Origin: Actinomycetota bacterium
GTDB lineage: Bacteria > Actinomycetota > Actinomycetes > Nanopelagicales > Nanopelagicaceae
Direction: 5' to 3'
DNA: 64,000 nucleotides
NCBI GenBank assembly: GCA_947377725.1
Contig: CANCGX010000001.1
Span: 626-64,625 of the forward strand
This document shows positions 22,543-33,596 of the stretch, piece by piece. The translations under genes and the position numbers were made by a program. The notes beneath the pieces are model-generated. The model saw only the letters and a program-made list of their open reading frames with translations. It was not told the DNA's origin and did not search any database. The stretch's first letter is position 1. The number at the start of each line of letters is the position of its first letter.

Positions 22543-22548
22543 AGGTTA
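22543..22548 (-). promoter_or_regulatory. -10-like TAACCT 7 nt upstream of the PIG-L ATG (leaderless promoter candidate)
   Basis: The minus strand reads TAACCT tcgctct ATG. It overlaps the pcrA -10 box by 2 bp. Confidence 0.4.
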
Positions 22549-22552
22549 CACT
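22547..22552 (+). promoter_or_regulatory. -10-like TACACT 6 nt upstream of the pcrA GTG (leaderless promoter candidate)
   Basis: TANNNT followed by ccaccc and then GTG 22559. No SD. Confidence 0.45.
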
Positions 22553-22558
22553 CCACCC

Positions 22559-24784
22559 GTGCCTTCACTTGATTTATCTACTCTCAACCCTCAACAGCAG
22601 GAAGCTGTCGTCCACGAGGGTTCGCCATTGTTGGTAGTGGCGGGGGCTGGTTCGGGGAAAACTCGAGTGTTAACGCGAAGAATTGCGTATTTGATGGCAT
22701 CTCGTAGTGTTGCACCATACGAGATATTGGCAATTACCTTCACAAATAAAGCCGCAGCCGAGATGAAAGAACGAGTTGCAGAACTTGTAGGCGAACGAGC
22801 GAAATCTATGTGGGTTTCAACATTTCACTCTGCTTGCGTCCGCATTCTCCGTAATGAAGCAACCAAGCTCGGATTTACATCTTCCTTTGCAATTTATGAT
22901 TCTTCCGACAGCTCGATGATGATCAAGCGAATTATGAAAGAACTTGGAATGGATGGAACGGAAATTAAACCTGGTGCCATTCAAGCCAGAATTTCAAACG
23001 CTAAGAATGAACTTCAAACGCCGAGCACCTTTGTAAGAGCCGAATTTGATTTTGTAGACAAGATGGCTGGAGAAATTTATGGTGTCTATCAACGACGCCT
23101 AACCGCTTCGAATGCAATGGATTTCGATGATTTAATTATGAAAACTGTAGAAGTTCTACAAAAGTTTCCAGAAGTTCGATCGAGGTATCGCTCCCGCTTC
23201 AAGCACATCCTGGTTGATGAATATCAGGATACAAACCACGCGCAATACATGCTCATTCGTGAACTTGTCGGGGTTGAAAGTGAAGGAATACCAAGCGCAG
23301 AACTTTGCGTTGTTGGTGATGCAGATCAATCTATCTACGCTTTCCGAGGCGCGAATATTCGCAACATTTTGCAGTTTGAAGAAGATTATCCAAGTGCCCA
23401 GACAATCATGCTCGAGCAAAATTACCGTTCGACTCAAAACATTCTTACGGCGGCAAACTCAGTCATCTCAAATAACAAAGGCAGAAAAGATAAGAATCTT
23501 TGGTCAGAAGCGGGAGCGGGTCACCATATAACAGGGTTCGTTGCAGAGACTGATCACGATGAAGCAGAATTCATCACAGCAGAAATTCGCCGCCTGAGAG
23601 ATGAAGGTATTTCACAACCAGGTGAAACGGCGATTTTTTATCGCACCAATGCGCAGTCACGATCTATTGAATCCACGCTCGCTCGCGCTGGAATCCCTTA
23701 CAAGGTCGTAGGTGGCTTACGATTCTTTGAGCGAGCCGAAGTGAAAGATTTACTGGGATATCTAAAAGCGTTGGTAAATCCATCTGATGAAGTTTCGCTG
23801 CGCAGAATTATAAATACCCCCAAGCGCGGTATTGGCGACCGCGCAATTGAAATAATCGATGAATTCGCAAAGAAACATGGAATCTCTCTTTGGGAAGCAA
23901 TGAATCAGGTCGAATCAGAACTTCCTGCCCGATCTCTGCAAGCAATAAGAGATTTCTTGCAATTGATGTACACATTGCGAACCTTGGTAGAGGCGAAAAC
24001 GAAGCCGTCACAGATTGCAAAAGCAGTTCTTGAACAGAGTGGCCTGGAGACAGAACTTAAAAAGAGCACTGACCCACAAGATGAAAGTCGACTCGAGAAT
24101 TTATACGAGCTGCTCAATGTTGTGACAGAGTATGAAGAATCTGATCTTGAGGAAGTAGATGAAGCAACGCTTGCTGGATTCCTAGAAGGAGTCTCACTAG
24201 TTGCAGATTCTGATCAAATTCCAGATTCGGATGCGAGCGCAAACGGGGTCGTAACTTTGATGACCCTTCACACTGCCAAGGGTTTGGAGTTTCCAACTGT
24301 TTTCTTAACGGGAATGGAAGAACAGATATTCCCTCACTTCCGTGCGATTGAAAATGAGCAGAGCGATACAACTGAACTTGAGGAAGAACGTCGCCTTGCC
24401 TACGTTGGACTAACCAGAGCGCGCGAACGTCTTTACGTTTCGCGAGCTATGTCTCGCATGGCATTTGGCAATTGGAAAAATAATGACCCATCACGCTTCC
24501 TTGCTGAAATTCCAAGTGAAGTGATTTCGTGGAACGATGACGTCGTTCGCTCAACGCGAGTAAAGAAGAGTTTTGGCCCACCTCCAAAGGCCACTGGTAA
24601 GAGAGTTGTCCCGAGCACGGCGCTAGTGCTTGTGGCAGGGGACCGTGTGGCTCATGACACATTTGGGTTGGGCACTGTGGTGATTGTTAATGGAGAAGGC
24701 GACCGAGCTGAAGCAACAATCAATTTTGGCTCGCTCGGTGAAAAACGGCTCTTGCTGCGCTATGCCCCCGTTGAGAAACTCTAG
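22559..24784 (+). CDS. pcrA: ATP-dependent DNA helicase PcrA/UvrD1
   Basis: LNPQQQEAV, GAGSGKT, DEYQDTN and the rest of the UvrD/Rep superfamily-1 motif set. 741 aa; pcrA-sucCD synteny as in mycobacteria. Confidence 0.93.
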   Translation: MPSLDLSTLNPQQQEAVVHEGSPLLVVAGAGSGKTRVLTRRIAYLMASRSVAPYEILAITFTNKAAAEMKERVAELVGERAKSMWVSTFHSACVRILRNEATKLGFTSSFAIYDSSDSSMMIKRIMKELGMDGTEIKPGAIQARISNAKNELQTPSTFVRAEFDFVDKMAGEIYGVYQRRLTASNAMDFDDLIMKTVEVLQKFPEVRSRYRSRFKHILVDEYQDTNHAQYMLIRELVGVESEGIPSAELCVVGDADQSIYAFRGANIRNILQFEEDYPSAQTIMLEQNYRSTQNILTAANSVISNNKGRKDKNLWSEAGAGHHITGFVAETDHDEAEFITAEIRRLRDEGISQPGETAIFYRTNAQSRSIESTLARAGIPYKVVGGLRFFERAEVKDLLGYLKALVNPSDEVSLRRIINTPKRGIGDRAIEIIDEFAKKHGISLWEAMNQVESELPARSLQAIRDFLQLMYTLRTLVEAKTKPSQIAKAVLEQSGLETELKKSTDPQDESRLENLYELLNVVTEYEESDLEEVDEATLAGFLEGVSLVADSDQIPDSDASANGVVTLMTLHTAKGLEFPTVFLTGMEEQIFPHFRAIENEQSDTTELEEERRLAYVGLTRARERLYVSRAMSRMAFGNWKNNDPSRFLAEIPSEVISWNDDVVRSTRVKKSFGPPPKATGKRVVPSTALVLVAGDRVAHDTFGLGTVVIVNGEGDRAEATINFGSLGEKRLLLRYAPVEKL

Positions 24785-24809
24785 AGAAACTCTAGAAAAA
24801 CTCTAGAAA
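24773..24809 (+). repeat. three tandem copies of AAACTCTAG at 11-nt period spanning the pcrA stop codon
   Basis: Cores lie at 24776-24784, 24787-24795 and 24798-24806. The TAGs fall in all three forward frames, and each copy contains CTCTAGA. Confidence 0.9.
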
Positions 24810-24892
24810 TGCTGTAAAAAAGAAGTAGAAATAAGCCAGTAAGATTTGCCCGTATTACTCACTTTCTAGTTACTAGATGATCGGGGAAATTA

Positions 24893-26053
24893 GTGGATCT
24901 CTTTGAGTATCAAGCTCGAGATCTCTTCGAATCTCATAACATTCCAGTTCTTGCTGGCGCAGTTGCAACAACTGCAGATGAAGCTGAAAAAGCTGCATCA
25001 GTTATGGGTGGACGAGTTGTCGTAAAAGCTCAGGTAAAAATTGGCGGACGTGGAAAAGCTGGCGGTGTAAAACTTGCCCAAGATGCAGCGGATGCTCGTG
25101 AAAAAGCTGCTGCGATTCTTGGAATGGATATTAAAGGCCACACTGTTCACAAAGTGATGATTGCTCAGGCAGCACCTATTGCTGAAGAGTATTACGCATC
25201 AATTTTGCTTGACCGAGCAAACAGAAATTTCCTTGTAATGGCATCTGTTGCTGGTGGCATGGAAATCGAAGAAGTCGCAAAGACACAACCTGAAAAATTG
25301 GCACGTGTGGGAATTGACCCAAATGTTGGAGTCACTCTCGATAAGGCTAAAGAGATTGCAAAACTTGGACAATTTCCTGCCGACGTCCAAGATCAAGTAG
25401 CGGATGTACTTGTAAAACTTTGGGCAGCTTTCGTTGCCGAAGATGCAACACTCATGGAAATCAACCCATTGGTTAAAACCGAGGATGGCCGCGTTGTTGC
25501 TCTTGATGGCAAAGTCACTCTTGATGACAATGCAGAATTCCGTCACGCAAACCATGCAGACCTCGTCGATCATGCCGCAGCAAATCCTCTTGAAGCTAAA
25601 GCGAAAGAACTCAATCTCAACTACGTGAAGCTAGATGGCGAAGTTGGAATCATTGGTAACGGAGCCGGACTCGTTATGAGCACCTTGGATGTTGTCGCTT
25701 ATGCGGGCGAGAAATATGGCGTTAAACCAGCAAACTTCCTTGATATCGGAGGAGGAGCATCAGCTGAAGTCATGGCTAATGGCCTCTCAATCATTTTAGG
25801 TGATGCCGATGTTCGAAGCGTTTTTGTCAATGTATTTGGCGGAATCACGGCTTGCGACGCAGTAGCTAATGGAATCGTTAGTGCTCTTAGTATTTTGGGC
25901 GATAAAGCAACTAAGCCAATTGTGGTTCGACTCGATGGCAACAATGTCTTGGAAGGGCGCCGCATTCTTAATGAAGCAGCGCACCCATTAGTTCAGCAAT
26001 TGGACACTATGGACGGAGCAGCTGCAAAGGCTGCGGAATTGGCGGCTAAATAA
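24893..26053 (+). CDS. sucC: succinyl-CoA ligase subunit beta
   Basis: (M)[11 protein letters not shown] start, with GTG after GGGGA. 386 aa. Confidence 0.95.
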   Translation: MDLFEYQARDLFESHNIPVLAGAVATTADEAEKAASVMGGRVVVKAQVKIGGRGKAGGVKLAQDAADAREKAAAILGMDIKGHTVHKVMIAQAAPIAEEYYASILLDRANRNFLVMASVAGGMEIEEVAKTQPEKLARVGIDPNVGVTLDKAKEIAKLGQFPADVQDQVADVLVKLWAAFVAEDATLMEINPLVKTEDGRVVALDGKVTLDDNAEFRHANHADLVDHAAANPLEAKAKELNLNYVKLDGEVGIIGNGAGLVMSTLDVVAYAGEKYGVKPANFLDIGGGASAEVMANGLSIILGDADVRSVFVNVFGGITACDAVANGIVSALSILGDKATKPIVVRLDGNNVLEGRRILNEAAHPLVQQLDTMDGAAAKAAELAAK

Positions 26054-26934
26054 TGGCTATCTTCATTAATAAAGATACGCGCCTCATCGTCCAAGGAATG
26101 ACTGGATCAGAAGGCACCAAACACACAGGGCGCATGATTGTTTCTGGAACAAATGTAGTTGGCGGAGTAACTCCGGGCAAAGGTGGGCAATCTGTTGAGA
26201 TTGCTGGAAAAACTCTTCCAGTCTTTAACACTGTTGCTGAAGCAATGGCAGCAACGCAAGCCAATGCATCTGTTGTATTTGTTCCACCAAAATTCGCAAA
26301 AGCTGCAGTAATCGACGCGATTGATGCAGCTATTCCGCTCGTGGTTGTCATCACTGAGGGAATCCCAGTCCACGACACCGCTGCTTTCTTTGCATATTCA
26401 CAGAGCAAAGGAACAACTCGAATAGTTGGTCCAAACTGCCCAGGATTAATAAGTCCCGGACTCTCTAATCTTGGAATTATTCCAGCCGACATCACAGGAC
26501 CAGGAAGAATCGGCTTAGTTTCAAAATCCGGAACTCTTACCTATCAAATGATGTATGAGCTAAGAGATTTTGGTTTCTCAACCGCTGTTGGAATTGGTGG
26601 AGATCCAATTATTGGAACTACACATATCGATTGCCTCAGAGCTTTTCAAGACGATCCCGATACCGATGCAATCGTAATGATTGGTGAAATTGGTGGCGAT
26701 GCTGAAGAACGCGCTGCAGCTTTCATTGCAGAATATGTAACAAAGCCAGTTGTTGGTTATGTTGCAGGATTTACCGCTCCTGAGGGCAAAACAATGGGCC
26801 ATGCAGGCGCAATTGTTTCTGGATCATCAGGTACAGCTCAAGGAAAGAAAGAAGCACTCGAGGCAGCAGGCGTGAAAGTTGGAAAGACTCCAAGTGAAAC
26901 CGCTGAACTTATGCGTCAAATCCTGAAGGGCTAA
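26053..26934 (+). CDS. sucD: succinyl-CoA ligase subunit alpha
   Basis: [21 protein letters not shown]..., phosphohistidine region [13 protein letters not shown] overlap with sucC. Confidence 0.95.
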   Translation: MAIFINKDTRLIVQGMTGSEGTKHTGRMIVSGTNVVGGVTPGKGGQSVEIAGKTLPVFNTVAEAMAATQANASVVFVPPKFAKAAVIDAIDAAIPLVVVITEGIPVHDTAAFFAYSQSKGTTRIVGPNCPGLISPGLSNLGIIPADITGPGRIGLVSKSGTLTYQMMYELRDFGFSTAVGIGGDPIIGTTHIDCLRAFQDDPDTDAIVMIGEIGGDAEERAAAFIAEYVTKPVVGYVAGFTAPEGKTMGHAGAIVSGSSGTAQGKKEALEAAGVKVGKTPSETAELMRQILKG

Positions 26935-26939
26935 TAATC

Positions 26940-28025
26940 GTGTTGCGCCGCGTCCTTTCGATCTCCCTGATACAGGCATCCAAAGGCGCGGCGCTAACTT
27001 TATTTCCAGCAATATTTATTGCCTTACTTGCGTGGTCAACCGCAGGAAGCACTAGCGGAAATACATCCGATCCTATTCGAGGTGCAGTCTGGCTCTGGCT
27101 GGGAGCCCATTTATCTCCTTTCAAACTCTCGGCGGCATCAGCCCAAGGATCAGGTTTTCTTTCCGTACTTCCGCTCGGCGCAATTATTTTTCCGATGTGG
27201 GCAGTAAGACGTACCTTCTTAAGAGTTGTTGAAGTTTCTCCCAAGTTGCGCGCAGCTAGAATTTTTTATGTTCTTTTTTATACTTTGATTGCAGTTGCAT
27301 TGGCTATTTCTACGACTACTGCAACAGTCGCTCCCATGTGGTACTACGCAGGCTTGTGTGCAGGAATTACAGCTTTAGTTTCAACATTTACTTTTAATCC
27401 ACGTCCAGCGCTTGGGGTATTGGTCTACTTCTTCGCAATTGCTTGGGGAGTGGCGGCCGTAGCGCTTTCTATTTCTATGATTGCTCATTGGAATGTACTT
27501 CATGATTTATCCGTAGTAATTCAACCAGGAATAATTGGGGGACTTTTATTTACTGGTCTTCAAATTTTATATCTTCCAAATATGGCACTTGCATCTCTGG
27601 CTTACTTGACTGGATCGGGCTTTAGTCTTGGGGCGCACACCATGGTTACATCGTCGGTTTTCACACTGCATCAAATCCCAGCAATTCCAATATTAGGAGC
27701 GTTACCCACAGGCCGCCATCCAAACCTGATTGTTGGAATAGTTTTCTGGCCATTCCTATTTTTTGCCTCATATTTCGTTATCACTCGAGTACATCGTGAG
27801 TGGAGCACAAGAAATCGAGAGCTTTTGCGAACTTTTGTCATGTCCTCCTTTTTTGTCTGGGAACTTTCATATTTCGCCTCAGGAGAACTCCTCACGCCAT
27901 CTATGCGACGGACGGGCATACTTCCAGAGCGGACAACGTCAATCGCTGCACTGAGTGCGCTAGTAATTGCGCTTGCATTTTTTTACGTTCCCACATTATT
28001 TAAGAAATTTGTTAAACGTGGCTAA
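26940..28025 (+). CDS. PerM/DUF6350-like polytopic membrane protein
   Basis: 361 aa with about 9-10 hydrophobic spans. Sits between sucD and purN, where mycobacterial perM (Rv0955) lies. AVWLWLGAH...LSVLPLG and AYLTGSGFSLG resemble that family from memory. Confidence 0.55.
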   Translation: MLRRVLSISLIQASKGAALTLFPAIFIALLAWSTAGSTSGNTSDPIRGAVWLWLGAHLSPFKLSAASAQGSGFLSVLPLGAIIFPMWAVRRTFLRVVEVSPKLRAARIFYVLFYTLIAVALAISTTTATVAPMWYYAGLCAGITALVSTFTFNPRPALGVLVYFFAIAWGVAAVALSISMIAHWNVLHDLSVVIQPGIIGGLLFTGLQILYLPNMALASLAYLTGSGFSLGAHTMVTSSVFTLHQIPAIPILGALPTGRHPNLIVGIVFWPFLFFASYFVITRVHREWSTRNRELLRTFVMSSFFVWELSYFASGELLTPSMRRTGILPERTTSIAALSALVIALAFFYVPTLFKKFVKRG

Positions 28026-28590
28026 GCGGATCCTCCTGTTAGCTTCAGGATCAGGCTCTTTAGCGCGTGCAATCCTGCAAGCAGTGAAAGATGACCAACT
28101 CAATGTTGAAGTGGTTGAGCTCATCTCCGACCGCCAATCACACGTTCTTGACGTTGCAAAAGAGTTTGGCGTTAAAAGCACGCTCGTAGATTTTTCTCTT
28201 TACGATTCGCGTGTGACGTGGGGAGCAGAATTGGCAAACCTCGTGCGTAAAGAGGGTGTGGATTTAGTGGTGAGCGTGGGATTTATGCGAATTCTTCCAG
28301 AAGCATTTGTAAATGAATTCCCGACAATAAATACTCACCCAGCTCTTCTGCCTCTTTTCCCTGGAGCTCATGCCGTGCGTGATGCTTTAGCTGCAAAAGC
28401 TTCAATAACTGGGAGCACTGTTCATTGGGTAGATGCCGGGGTGGATACGGGCAAAGTTATCTCCCAAATTAGCGTCGAAATTAGCCCGGAAGATACTGAA
28501 GAGTCCCTGCATGAACGCATTAAGATTCAGGAGCGCAAACTCATTGTCGAGACGCTCAAAACATTTGCTGCTGTTGGTCTCGAAAAATAG
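28018..28590 (+). CDS. purN: phosphoribosylglycinamide formyltransferase
   Basis: (V)[42 protein letters not shown] 28018 was chosen because upstream residues of the long ORF overlap the membrane-protein gene. Confidence 0.9.
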   Translation: MAKRILLLASGSGSLARAILQAVKDDQLNVEVVELISDRQSHVLDVAKEFGVKSTLVDFSLYDSRVTWGAELANLVRKEGVDLVVSVGFMRILPEAFVNEFPTINTHPALLPLFPGAHAVRDALAAKASITGSTVHWVDAGVDTGKVISQISVEISPEDTEESLHERIKIQERKLIVETLKTFAAVGLEK

Positions 28591-28597
28591 GAGAATC

Positions 28598-30145
28598 ATG
28601 AGTTCCCGTAAAGCCATTCGCCGAGCACTTGTAAGTGTTTATGACAAGACTCAACTCATTGAACTAGGTAGCGCATTGACGAGTGCGGGAATTGAAATTC
28701 TCTCCACCGGGTCAACCGCAAAAAATCTTGCTGCCGCCGGTATTCCTGTAATTCCGGTCGAGGATTACACGGGATTCCCTGAAATGATGGGTGGGCGAGT
28801 CAAGACTTTGCATCCAAGAATTCATGGCGGCATTTTGGCTGACCAAAATAATCCTGAACACTTAGAAGCGATTGCAAGTCAAAACATCGCACCATTTGAT
28901 TTGATCATCATTAATCTATATCCGTTCGCACAAACAATCGCATCAACCGACGATTTTGCCGAATGTATCGAGCAGATAGATATTGGTGGTCCAAGTATGC
29001 TCCGAGGAGCAGCTAAGAATCATGGCTCAGTTGCCGTCATCTCTGATCCATCCCAGTACTCCCAACTCTTTACTGCTCTGAACCAAGGTGGCTTTACACT
29101 CGAAGAGCGCACCAAATTGGCTATGACGACTTTCCGCAGAACGGCAGAATATGACCTCGCAATCGCCACATGGTTAGGCGAACGCACTGATTCTGCAGAT
29201 GAGTGGCGCGGAGAAATTTGGGAGCGCATTGCAGGATTGCGTTATGGAGAAAATCCACATCAACAAGCTTCCGTTTACACATCAGTCGGGAGAAAAAGCG
29301 TTGGAATTTCTGGAGCGAAGCAGCTTCATGGGAAAGAGATGTCTTTCAATAACTATACCGATGCCGATGCAGCCCTCCGAGCGGCTTTCGATCACAGCGA
29401 GCCCTGCGTCGCAATCATCAAGCATGCAAATCCGTGCGGAATTGCCATCTCTTCCGATATCGCTGTAGCCCATGCAAAGGCGCACGAATGTGATCCGGTC
29501 TCTGCTTTTGGTGGAGTAGTAGCTGCAAATCGCACAATCACAAAGACAATGGCTTTGAAACTGGCTGAGATTTTTACTGAAGTTGTCATAGCGCCTTCTT
29601 TCGAAGCAGAAGCTATTGAAATTCTTTCAAAGAAGCCGTCGATTCGAATTCTTACAATCGATGGGTATCAGATTCCTAAAGTTGAATTGCGTCCAATATC
29701 GGGTGGAGCGCTATTTCAAGATAGTGATCTTGTGGATGCGGCGGGAGATCATTCGTCGCAATGGAAGCAAGTAAGCGGTGAGAAAGTTTCAGATCAAATG
29801 CTTAAAGATTTGGAATTCGCGTGGAGAGCTGTGCGAGCAGTGAAAAGCAATGCGATTCTTCTCGCGCACGAAGGTGCGTCGGTTGGTGTTGGAATGGGTC
29901 AAGTCAACAGAGTTGATTCTGCACGGCTAGCCGTTTCACGTGCTGGTGAACGTGCACAGGGGAGTGTTGCATCAAGTGATGCATTTTTCCCCTTTGCCGA
30001 CGGACTGCAAATTCTGATTGACGCCGGAGTGAGCGCTGTTGTTCAACCAGGTGGATCTGTTCGAGACGAAGAGGTTATTGCTGCAGCAGAAGCAGCCGGA
30101 ATAGCAATGTTCTTTACGGGCACTCGACATTTCTCACACGCTTAA
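28598..30145 (+). CDS. purH: bifunctional AICAR transformylase / IMP cyclohydrolase
   Basis: ATG 28598 preceded by [16 protein letters not shown] start and ...[11 protein letters not shown] end. Confidence 0.95.
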   Translation: MSSRKAIRRALVSVYDKTQLIELGSALTSAGIEILSTGSTAKNLAAAGIPVIPVEDYTGFPEMMGGRVKTLHPRIHGGILADQNNPEHLEAIASQNIAPFDLIIINLYPFAQTIASTDDFAECIEQIDIGGPSMLRGAAKNHGSVAVISDPSQYSQLFTALNQGGFTLEERTKLAMTTFRRTAEYDLAIATWLGERTDSADEWRGEIWERIAGLRYGENPHQQASVYTSVGRKSVGISGAKQLHGKEMSFNNYTDADAALRAAFDHSEPCVAIIKHANPCGIAISSDIAVAHAKAHECDPVSAFGGVVAANRTITKTMALKLAEIFTEVVIAPSFEAEAIEILSKKPSIRILTIDGYQIPKVELRPISGGALFQDSDLVDAAGDHSSQWKQVSGEKVSDQMLKDLEFAWRAVRAVKSNAILLAHEGASVGVGMGQVNRVDSARLAVSRAGERAQGSVASSDAFFPFADGLQILIDAGVSAVVQPGGSVRDEEVIAAAEAAGIAMFFTGTRHFSHA

Positions 30146-30155
30146 AGCGAAAGGT

Positions 30156-30161
30156 TAGAAT
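30156..30161 (+). promoter_or_regulatory. -10-like TAGAAT 6 nt upstream of the folD GTG (leaderless promoter candidate)
   Basis: TANNNT followed by aaaccc and then GTG 30168. Confidence 0.45.
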
Positions 30162-30167
30162 AAACCC

Positions 30168-31001
30168 GTGACCGCAAAAATACTCGATGGAAAAGCTACA
30201 GCAAAGGCTATTAAAGCCGAACTTAAAAAGCTTGTTGATCAGATGGCAACGAAGCCGGGTCTTGGCACAGTGTTGGTTGGAGATGATCCTGGGTCTCACT
30301 CATACGTCGGTGGTAAGCACCGCGATTGTGCAGAAGTCGGCATTCAATCCATACGAGTTGATCTCCCAGAAACGGCAAGCGAGAAAGATGTCCTCGCTGC
30401 GATAGCTGATTTAAATAGTGCGAAAGAATGCACAGGATATATCGTCCAACTTCCTCTTCCTCGAGGAATGTCGGCAAATAAAGTTCTTGAAGCTATAGAT
30501 CCCTCTAAAGATGCAGATGGATTGCACCCACTTAACCTCGGAAAATTAGTACTGGGCGAGCCTGCACCTTTACCGTGCACCCCGCGAGGCATCATTGAAC
30601 TTTTGCGAAGATACGACATCTCCACGAAAGGTGCAGAAGTTGTAGTCATGGGCCGTGGGATAACAGTAGGAAGACCACTCGGTTTAATGCTCTCTAGAAA
30701 AGGTGATGATGCAACCGTCACTATTACGCACACTGGAACTCGCAATGTTAAAGAACACACGAAGCGTGCAGACATTATTGTTGCGGCGGTAGGTAGCGCT
30801 TATCTACTCACTCCCGATATGGTCAAAGAAGGTGTTGTTGTCCTTGATGTGGGTATCACTCGAACTCCTGAAGGATTACGTGGAGATGTACATCCTGATG
30901 TTGCAAACGTTGCATCCTTTATCGCACCTATGCCAGGTGGAGTTGGCCCTATGACTCGCGCAATGTTGCTTGCCAATGTCGTAGAAAGTTTCACGCGATA
31001 A
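30168..31001 (+). CDS. folD: methylenetetrahydrofolate dehydrogenase/cyclohydrolase
   Basis: [34 protein letters not shown] motifs. Confidence 0.95.
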   Translation: MTAKILDGKATAKAIKAELKKLVDQMATKPGLGTVLVGDDPGSHSYVGGKHRDCAEVGIQSIRVDLPETASEKDVLAAIADLNSAKECTGYIVQLPLPRGMSANKVLEAIDPSKDADGLHPLNLGKLVLGEPAPLPCTPRGIIELLRRYDISTKGAEVVVMGRGITVGRPLGLMLSRKGDDATVTITHTGTRNVKEHTKRADIIVAAVGSAYLLTPDMVKEGVVVLDVGITRTPEGLRGDVHPDVANVASFIAPMPGGVGPMTRAMLLANVVESFTR

Positions 31002-31003
31002 AA

Positions 31004-31249
31004 ATGAAGCAAACGTTTACTCTTAGAAAACTTCATATTCTCGGGCTAGCACTCATCATTATTGGAATTGTGCTCTCGGTCTTTGGAAAAGTTAGGAGTG
31101 GATCTCTTCTACTCGCCATTGGAATGGCTGGCTACGCCTATACGAGATATTTCATCATCGGAATGAAGCGCAGGATTGAGTTATTTCTACCACTTCTTAT
31201 AGCGGGAACCCTTTTTGTAGTGTCGCTGACACTGCCGCACGCGAGGTAA
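31004..31249 (+). CDS. small membrane protein (DUF3017-like position downstream of folD)
   Basis: 81 aa with two or three hydrophobic spans, tightly coupled to folD as in other actinobacteria. Confidence 0.5.
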   Translation: MKQTFTLRKLHILGLALIIIGIVLSVFGKVRSGSLLLAIGMAGYAYTRYFIIGMKRRIELFLPLLIAGTLFVVSLTLPHAR

Positions 31250-31255
31250 TATTCA

Positions 31256-31286
31256 CCCCGTATAGATCACTATTTACAGGGGTTTT
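31256..31286 (+). terminator. possible weak intrinsic terminator
   Basis: CCCCGTA ... TAC(A)GGGG stem with one bulge, followed by TTTT at 31283-31286. Confidence 0.35.
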
Positions 31287-31299
31287 GGAAAGGTGCATC

Positions 31300-32268
31300 A
31301 TGTCGGAGAAGAAGAATCTCAAAGGTAAAGTTACTGTTGTTGGAGCTGGATTTTATGGTTCGACAACCGCGCTACGACTTGCGGAATACAACCTCTTTGA
31401 AACCGTTGTTCTCACCGATATCGTTGAAGGCAAGCCAGAGGGTTTAGCACTCGACATGAATCAGTCACGATCTATTGAAGGATTTGAAACCAAAGTTGTT
31501 GGAGCTACAACAACGGCCGATGGTGGCGGCTATGAAGCAACAGCTAACTCCGATGTTGTTGTAATTACTGCCGGACTGCCTCGCAAGCCAGGAATGTCTC
31601 GCATGGATTTAATTGGTGTCAACGCAGGCATTGTGCGTGGAGTCGCTGAAAATATTGCAAAACACTCTCCTGAAGCTGTAATCATCGTTGTATCTAATCC
31701 GCTTGATGAAATGACAGCTCTTGCACAACTTGCTACTGGATTTAAGAAAAACAAGGTAATGGGTCAAGCTGGAATGTTGGACACAGCCAGATTCACAAAT
31801 TTTGTTGCTGAAAAACTTGGAGTATCTGTTGGTTCGGTTAAGACACTCACTCTTGGTTCTCATGGAGACACAATGGTTCCGGTTCCAAGCCGTTGCACGG
31901 TTGATGGAAAGCCACTTTCAACGCTATTGAGCGAAGCAGATATTGCTGAACTTGTTGATCGCACACGCAATGGTGGCGCTGAAGTAGTCGCATTACTCAA
32001 AACCGGTTCAGCGTATTACGCGCCTTCCGCAGCAGCAGCTCGAATGGCGAAAGCGGTTATTGAAGATTCCGGTGAAGTTATGCCGGTATGTGCTTGGGTT
32101 GATGGCGAGTACGGAATTAATGGCGTTTACCTCGGTGTTGAGGCAACAATCGGAAAATCTGGTGTCCTTAAAGTCGTCGAAGGCTCGTTGGCCCCAGAAG
32201 AAGTCGAAGCTCTTAAGGCTGCCGCTGAAGCGGTCCGCGCAAAGCAAGCAGATGTAAAAGATTTGTAA
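31300..32268 (+). CDS. mdh: malate dehydrogenase (LDH-like type)
   Basis: ATG 31300 after GAAAGG. VTVVGAGFYGSTTA Rossmann motif; 322 aa. Confidence 0.9.
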   Translation: MSEKKNLKGKVTVVGAGFYGSTTALRLAEYNLFETVVLTDIVEGKPEGLALDMNQSRSIEGFETKVVGATTTADGGGYEATANSDVVVITAGLPRKPGMSRMDLIGVNAGIVRGVAENIAKHSPEAVIIVVSNPLDEMTALAQLATGFKKNKVMGQAGMLDTARFTNFVAEKLGVSVGSVKTLTLGSHGDTMVPVPSRCTVDGKPLSTLLSEADIAELVDRTRNGGAEVVALLKTGSAYYAPSAAAARMAKAVIEDSGEVMPVCAWVDGEYGINGVYLGVEATIGKSGVLKVVEGSLAPEEVEALKAAAEAVRAKQADVKDL

Positions 32269-32324
32269 AAACCATTTCGGTAACAAAATATAAAAATAAT
32301 TAGCGAGAGAAGAAAGTGGAAACA

Positions 32325-33539
32325 ATGAGCAAGATTAAAGTCACTGGAACCGTTGTGGAGCTTGATGGCGATGAAATGACGCGCATTATGTGGCAGTTCA
32401 TCAAGGATTCACTCATCCTGCCTTACTTGGATGTAAATCTTGAATATTACGATCTTGGAATGGAAAATCGTGATGCCACTGATGATCAGGTGACTATTGA
32501 TTCAGCTCACGCAATTCAGAAGCATGGCGTCGGTATCAAGTGCGCAACCATCACTCCTGACGAAGCACGTGTCGAAGAATTTGGCCTTAAGAAGATGTGG
32601 AAATCTCCTAACGGAACAATCCGCAACATTCTTGGGGGAGTGATTTTCCGCGAGCCAATCATCATAAGCAATGTTCCACGCCTAGTACCTCATTGGACCA
32701 AGCCAATCGTTATCGGCCGCCATGCGTTCGGTGACCAATATAAAGCGACTGATTTCAAAGTACCTGGCCCAGGAAAGTTGACTCTTTCATTTGTTCCAGA
32801 GGATGGCTCTCCAGCTATTACACATCAAGTATTTGATTTTGAGTCTTCAGGCGTTGCTCTTGCAATGTATAACGTAGATGATTCAATCCGCGATTTTGCC
32901 CGCGCATCGCTCAATTATGGGCTTCTTCGTAATTTCCCTGTGTACCTATCGACCAAGAACACAATCTTGAAGGCATACGATGGACGATTCAAAGATATTT
33001 TTGAAGAAATTTATCAAGCCGAATTCAAGGCACAATTTGATGCGGCGGGAATTTGGTATGAGCATCGCTTAATTGACGACATGGTCGCAATGTCACTTCG
33101 CATGCCTGGCGGTTACGTCTGGGCTTGTAAGAACTACGATGGTGATGTCCAATCAGACACGGTTGCGCAAGGATATGGCTCACTTGGTCTTATGACCTCT
33201 GTGTTGATGACACCGGATGGAAAGGTCTGTGAATCAGAAGCTGCTCACGGAACTGTGACCCGTCACTACCGCGATCATCAAGCTGGTAAAGCCACTTCTA
33301 CAAATCCAATTGCATCCATCTTTGCTTGGACGCAAGGCTTGGCACACCGCGCAAAGTTGGACAATAATCCTGAGCTCGCTGCATTCTCAAAGACGTTGGA
33401 ACGTATTTGCGTTGAGACAGTGGAGCAAGGCAAGATGACAAAAGACTTAGCACTTTTGATTTCGAAGGATGCTCCTTGGCAGACCACTCAAGAGTTCTTG
33501 AATTCAATCGATGAGAACCTCAAGAAAGCTATGGCGTAA
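32325..33539 (+). CDS. icd: NADP-dependent isocitrate dehydrogenase (about 400-aa homodimeric type)
   Basis: [22 protein letters not shown]..., ...NYDGDVQSD.... An in-frame GTG at 32316 is an alternative start. Confidence 0.93.
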   Translation: MSKIKVTGTVVELDGDEMTRIMWQFIKDSLILPYLDVNLEYYDLGMENRDATDDQVTIDSAHAIQKHGVGIKCATITPDEARVEEFGLKKMWKSPNGTIRNILGGVIFREPIIISNVPRLVPHWTKPIVIGRHAFGDQYKATDFKVPGPGKLTLSFVPEDGSPAITHQVFDFESSGVALAMYNVDDSIRDFARASLNYGLLRNFPVYLSTKNTILKAYDGRFKDIFEEIYQAEFKAQFDAAGIWYEHRLIDDMVAMSLRMPGGYVWACKNYDGDVQSDTVAQGYGSLGLMTSVLMTPDGKVCESEAAHGTVTRHYRDHQAGKATSTNPIASIFAWTQGLAHRAKLDNNPELAAFSKTLERICVETVEQGKMTKDLALLISKDAPWQTTQEFLNSIDENLKKAMA

Positions 33540-33553
33540 TTACTCTTAAAAGT

Positions 33554-33585
33554 AAAAAAGCCCAGCCAAATGGCTGGGCTTTTTT
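33554..33585. terminator. bidirectional intrinsic terminator between icd and the convergent ABC ATPase gene
   Basis: A5-AGCCCAGCC-AAAT-GGCTGGGCT-T5. The perfect 9-bp stem is flanked by an A-tract and a T-tract. Confidence 0.9.
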
Positions 33586-33596
33586 AATGGATATGG

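Noticed and set aside
26046-26495. 149-aa minus-strand ORF opposite sucD
   Set aside because: It is an antisense shadow of a conserved gene. The same reasoning applies to 8990-9478 (opposite livM), 30344-30775 (opposite folD) and 42738-43130 (opposite maf/accE).
28433-28597. N-terminal 55-codon extension of purH in the ORF track
   Set aside because: The extension overlaps the purN coding region in another frame. ATG 28598 has an AGGAG SD and yields the canonical PurH N-terminus ([11 protein letters not shown]).
28591-30167. ZTP (pfl) or THF riboswitch ahead of purH or folD
   Set aside because: The gaps before purH (7 nt) and folD (22 nt) cannot hold a riboswitch aptamer. purN overlaps its upstream gene.
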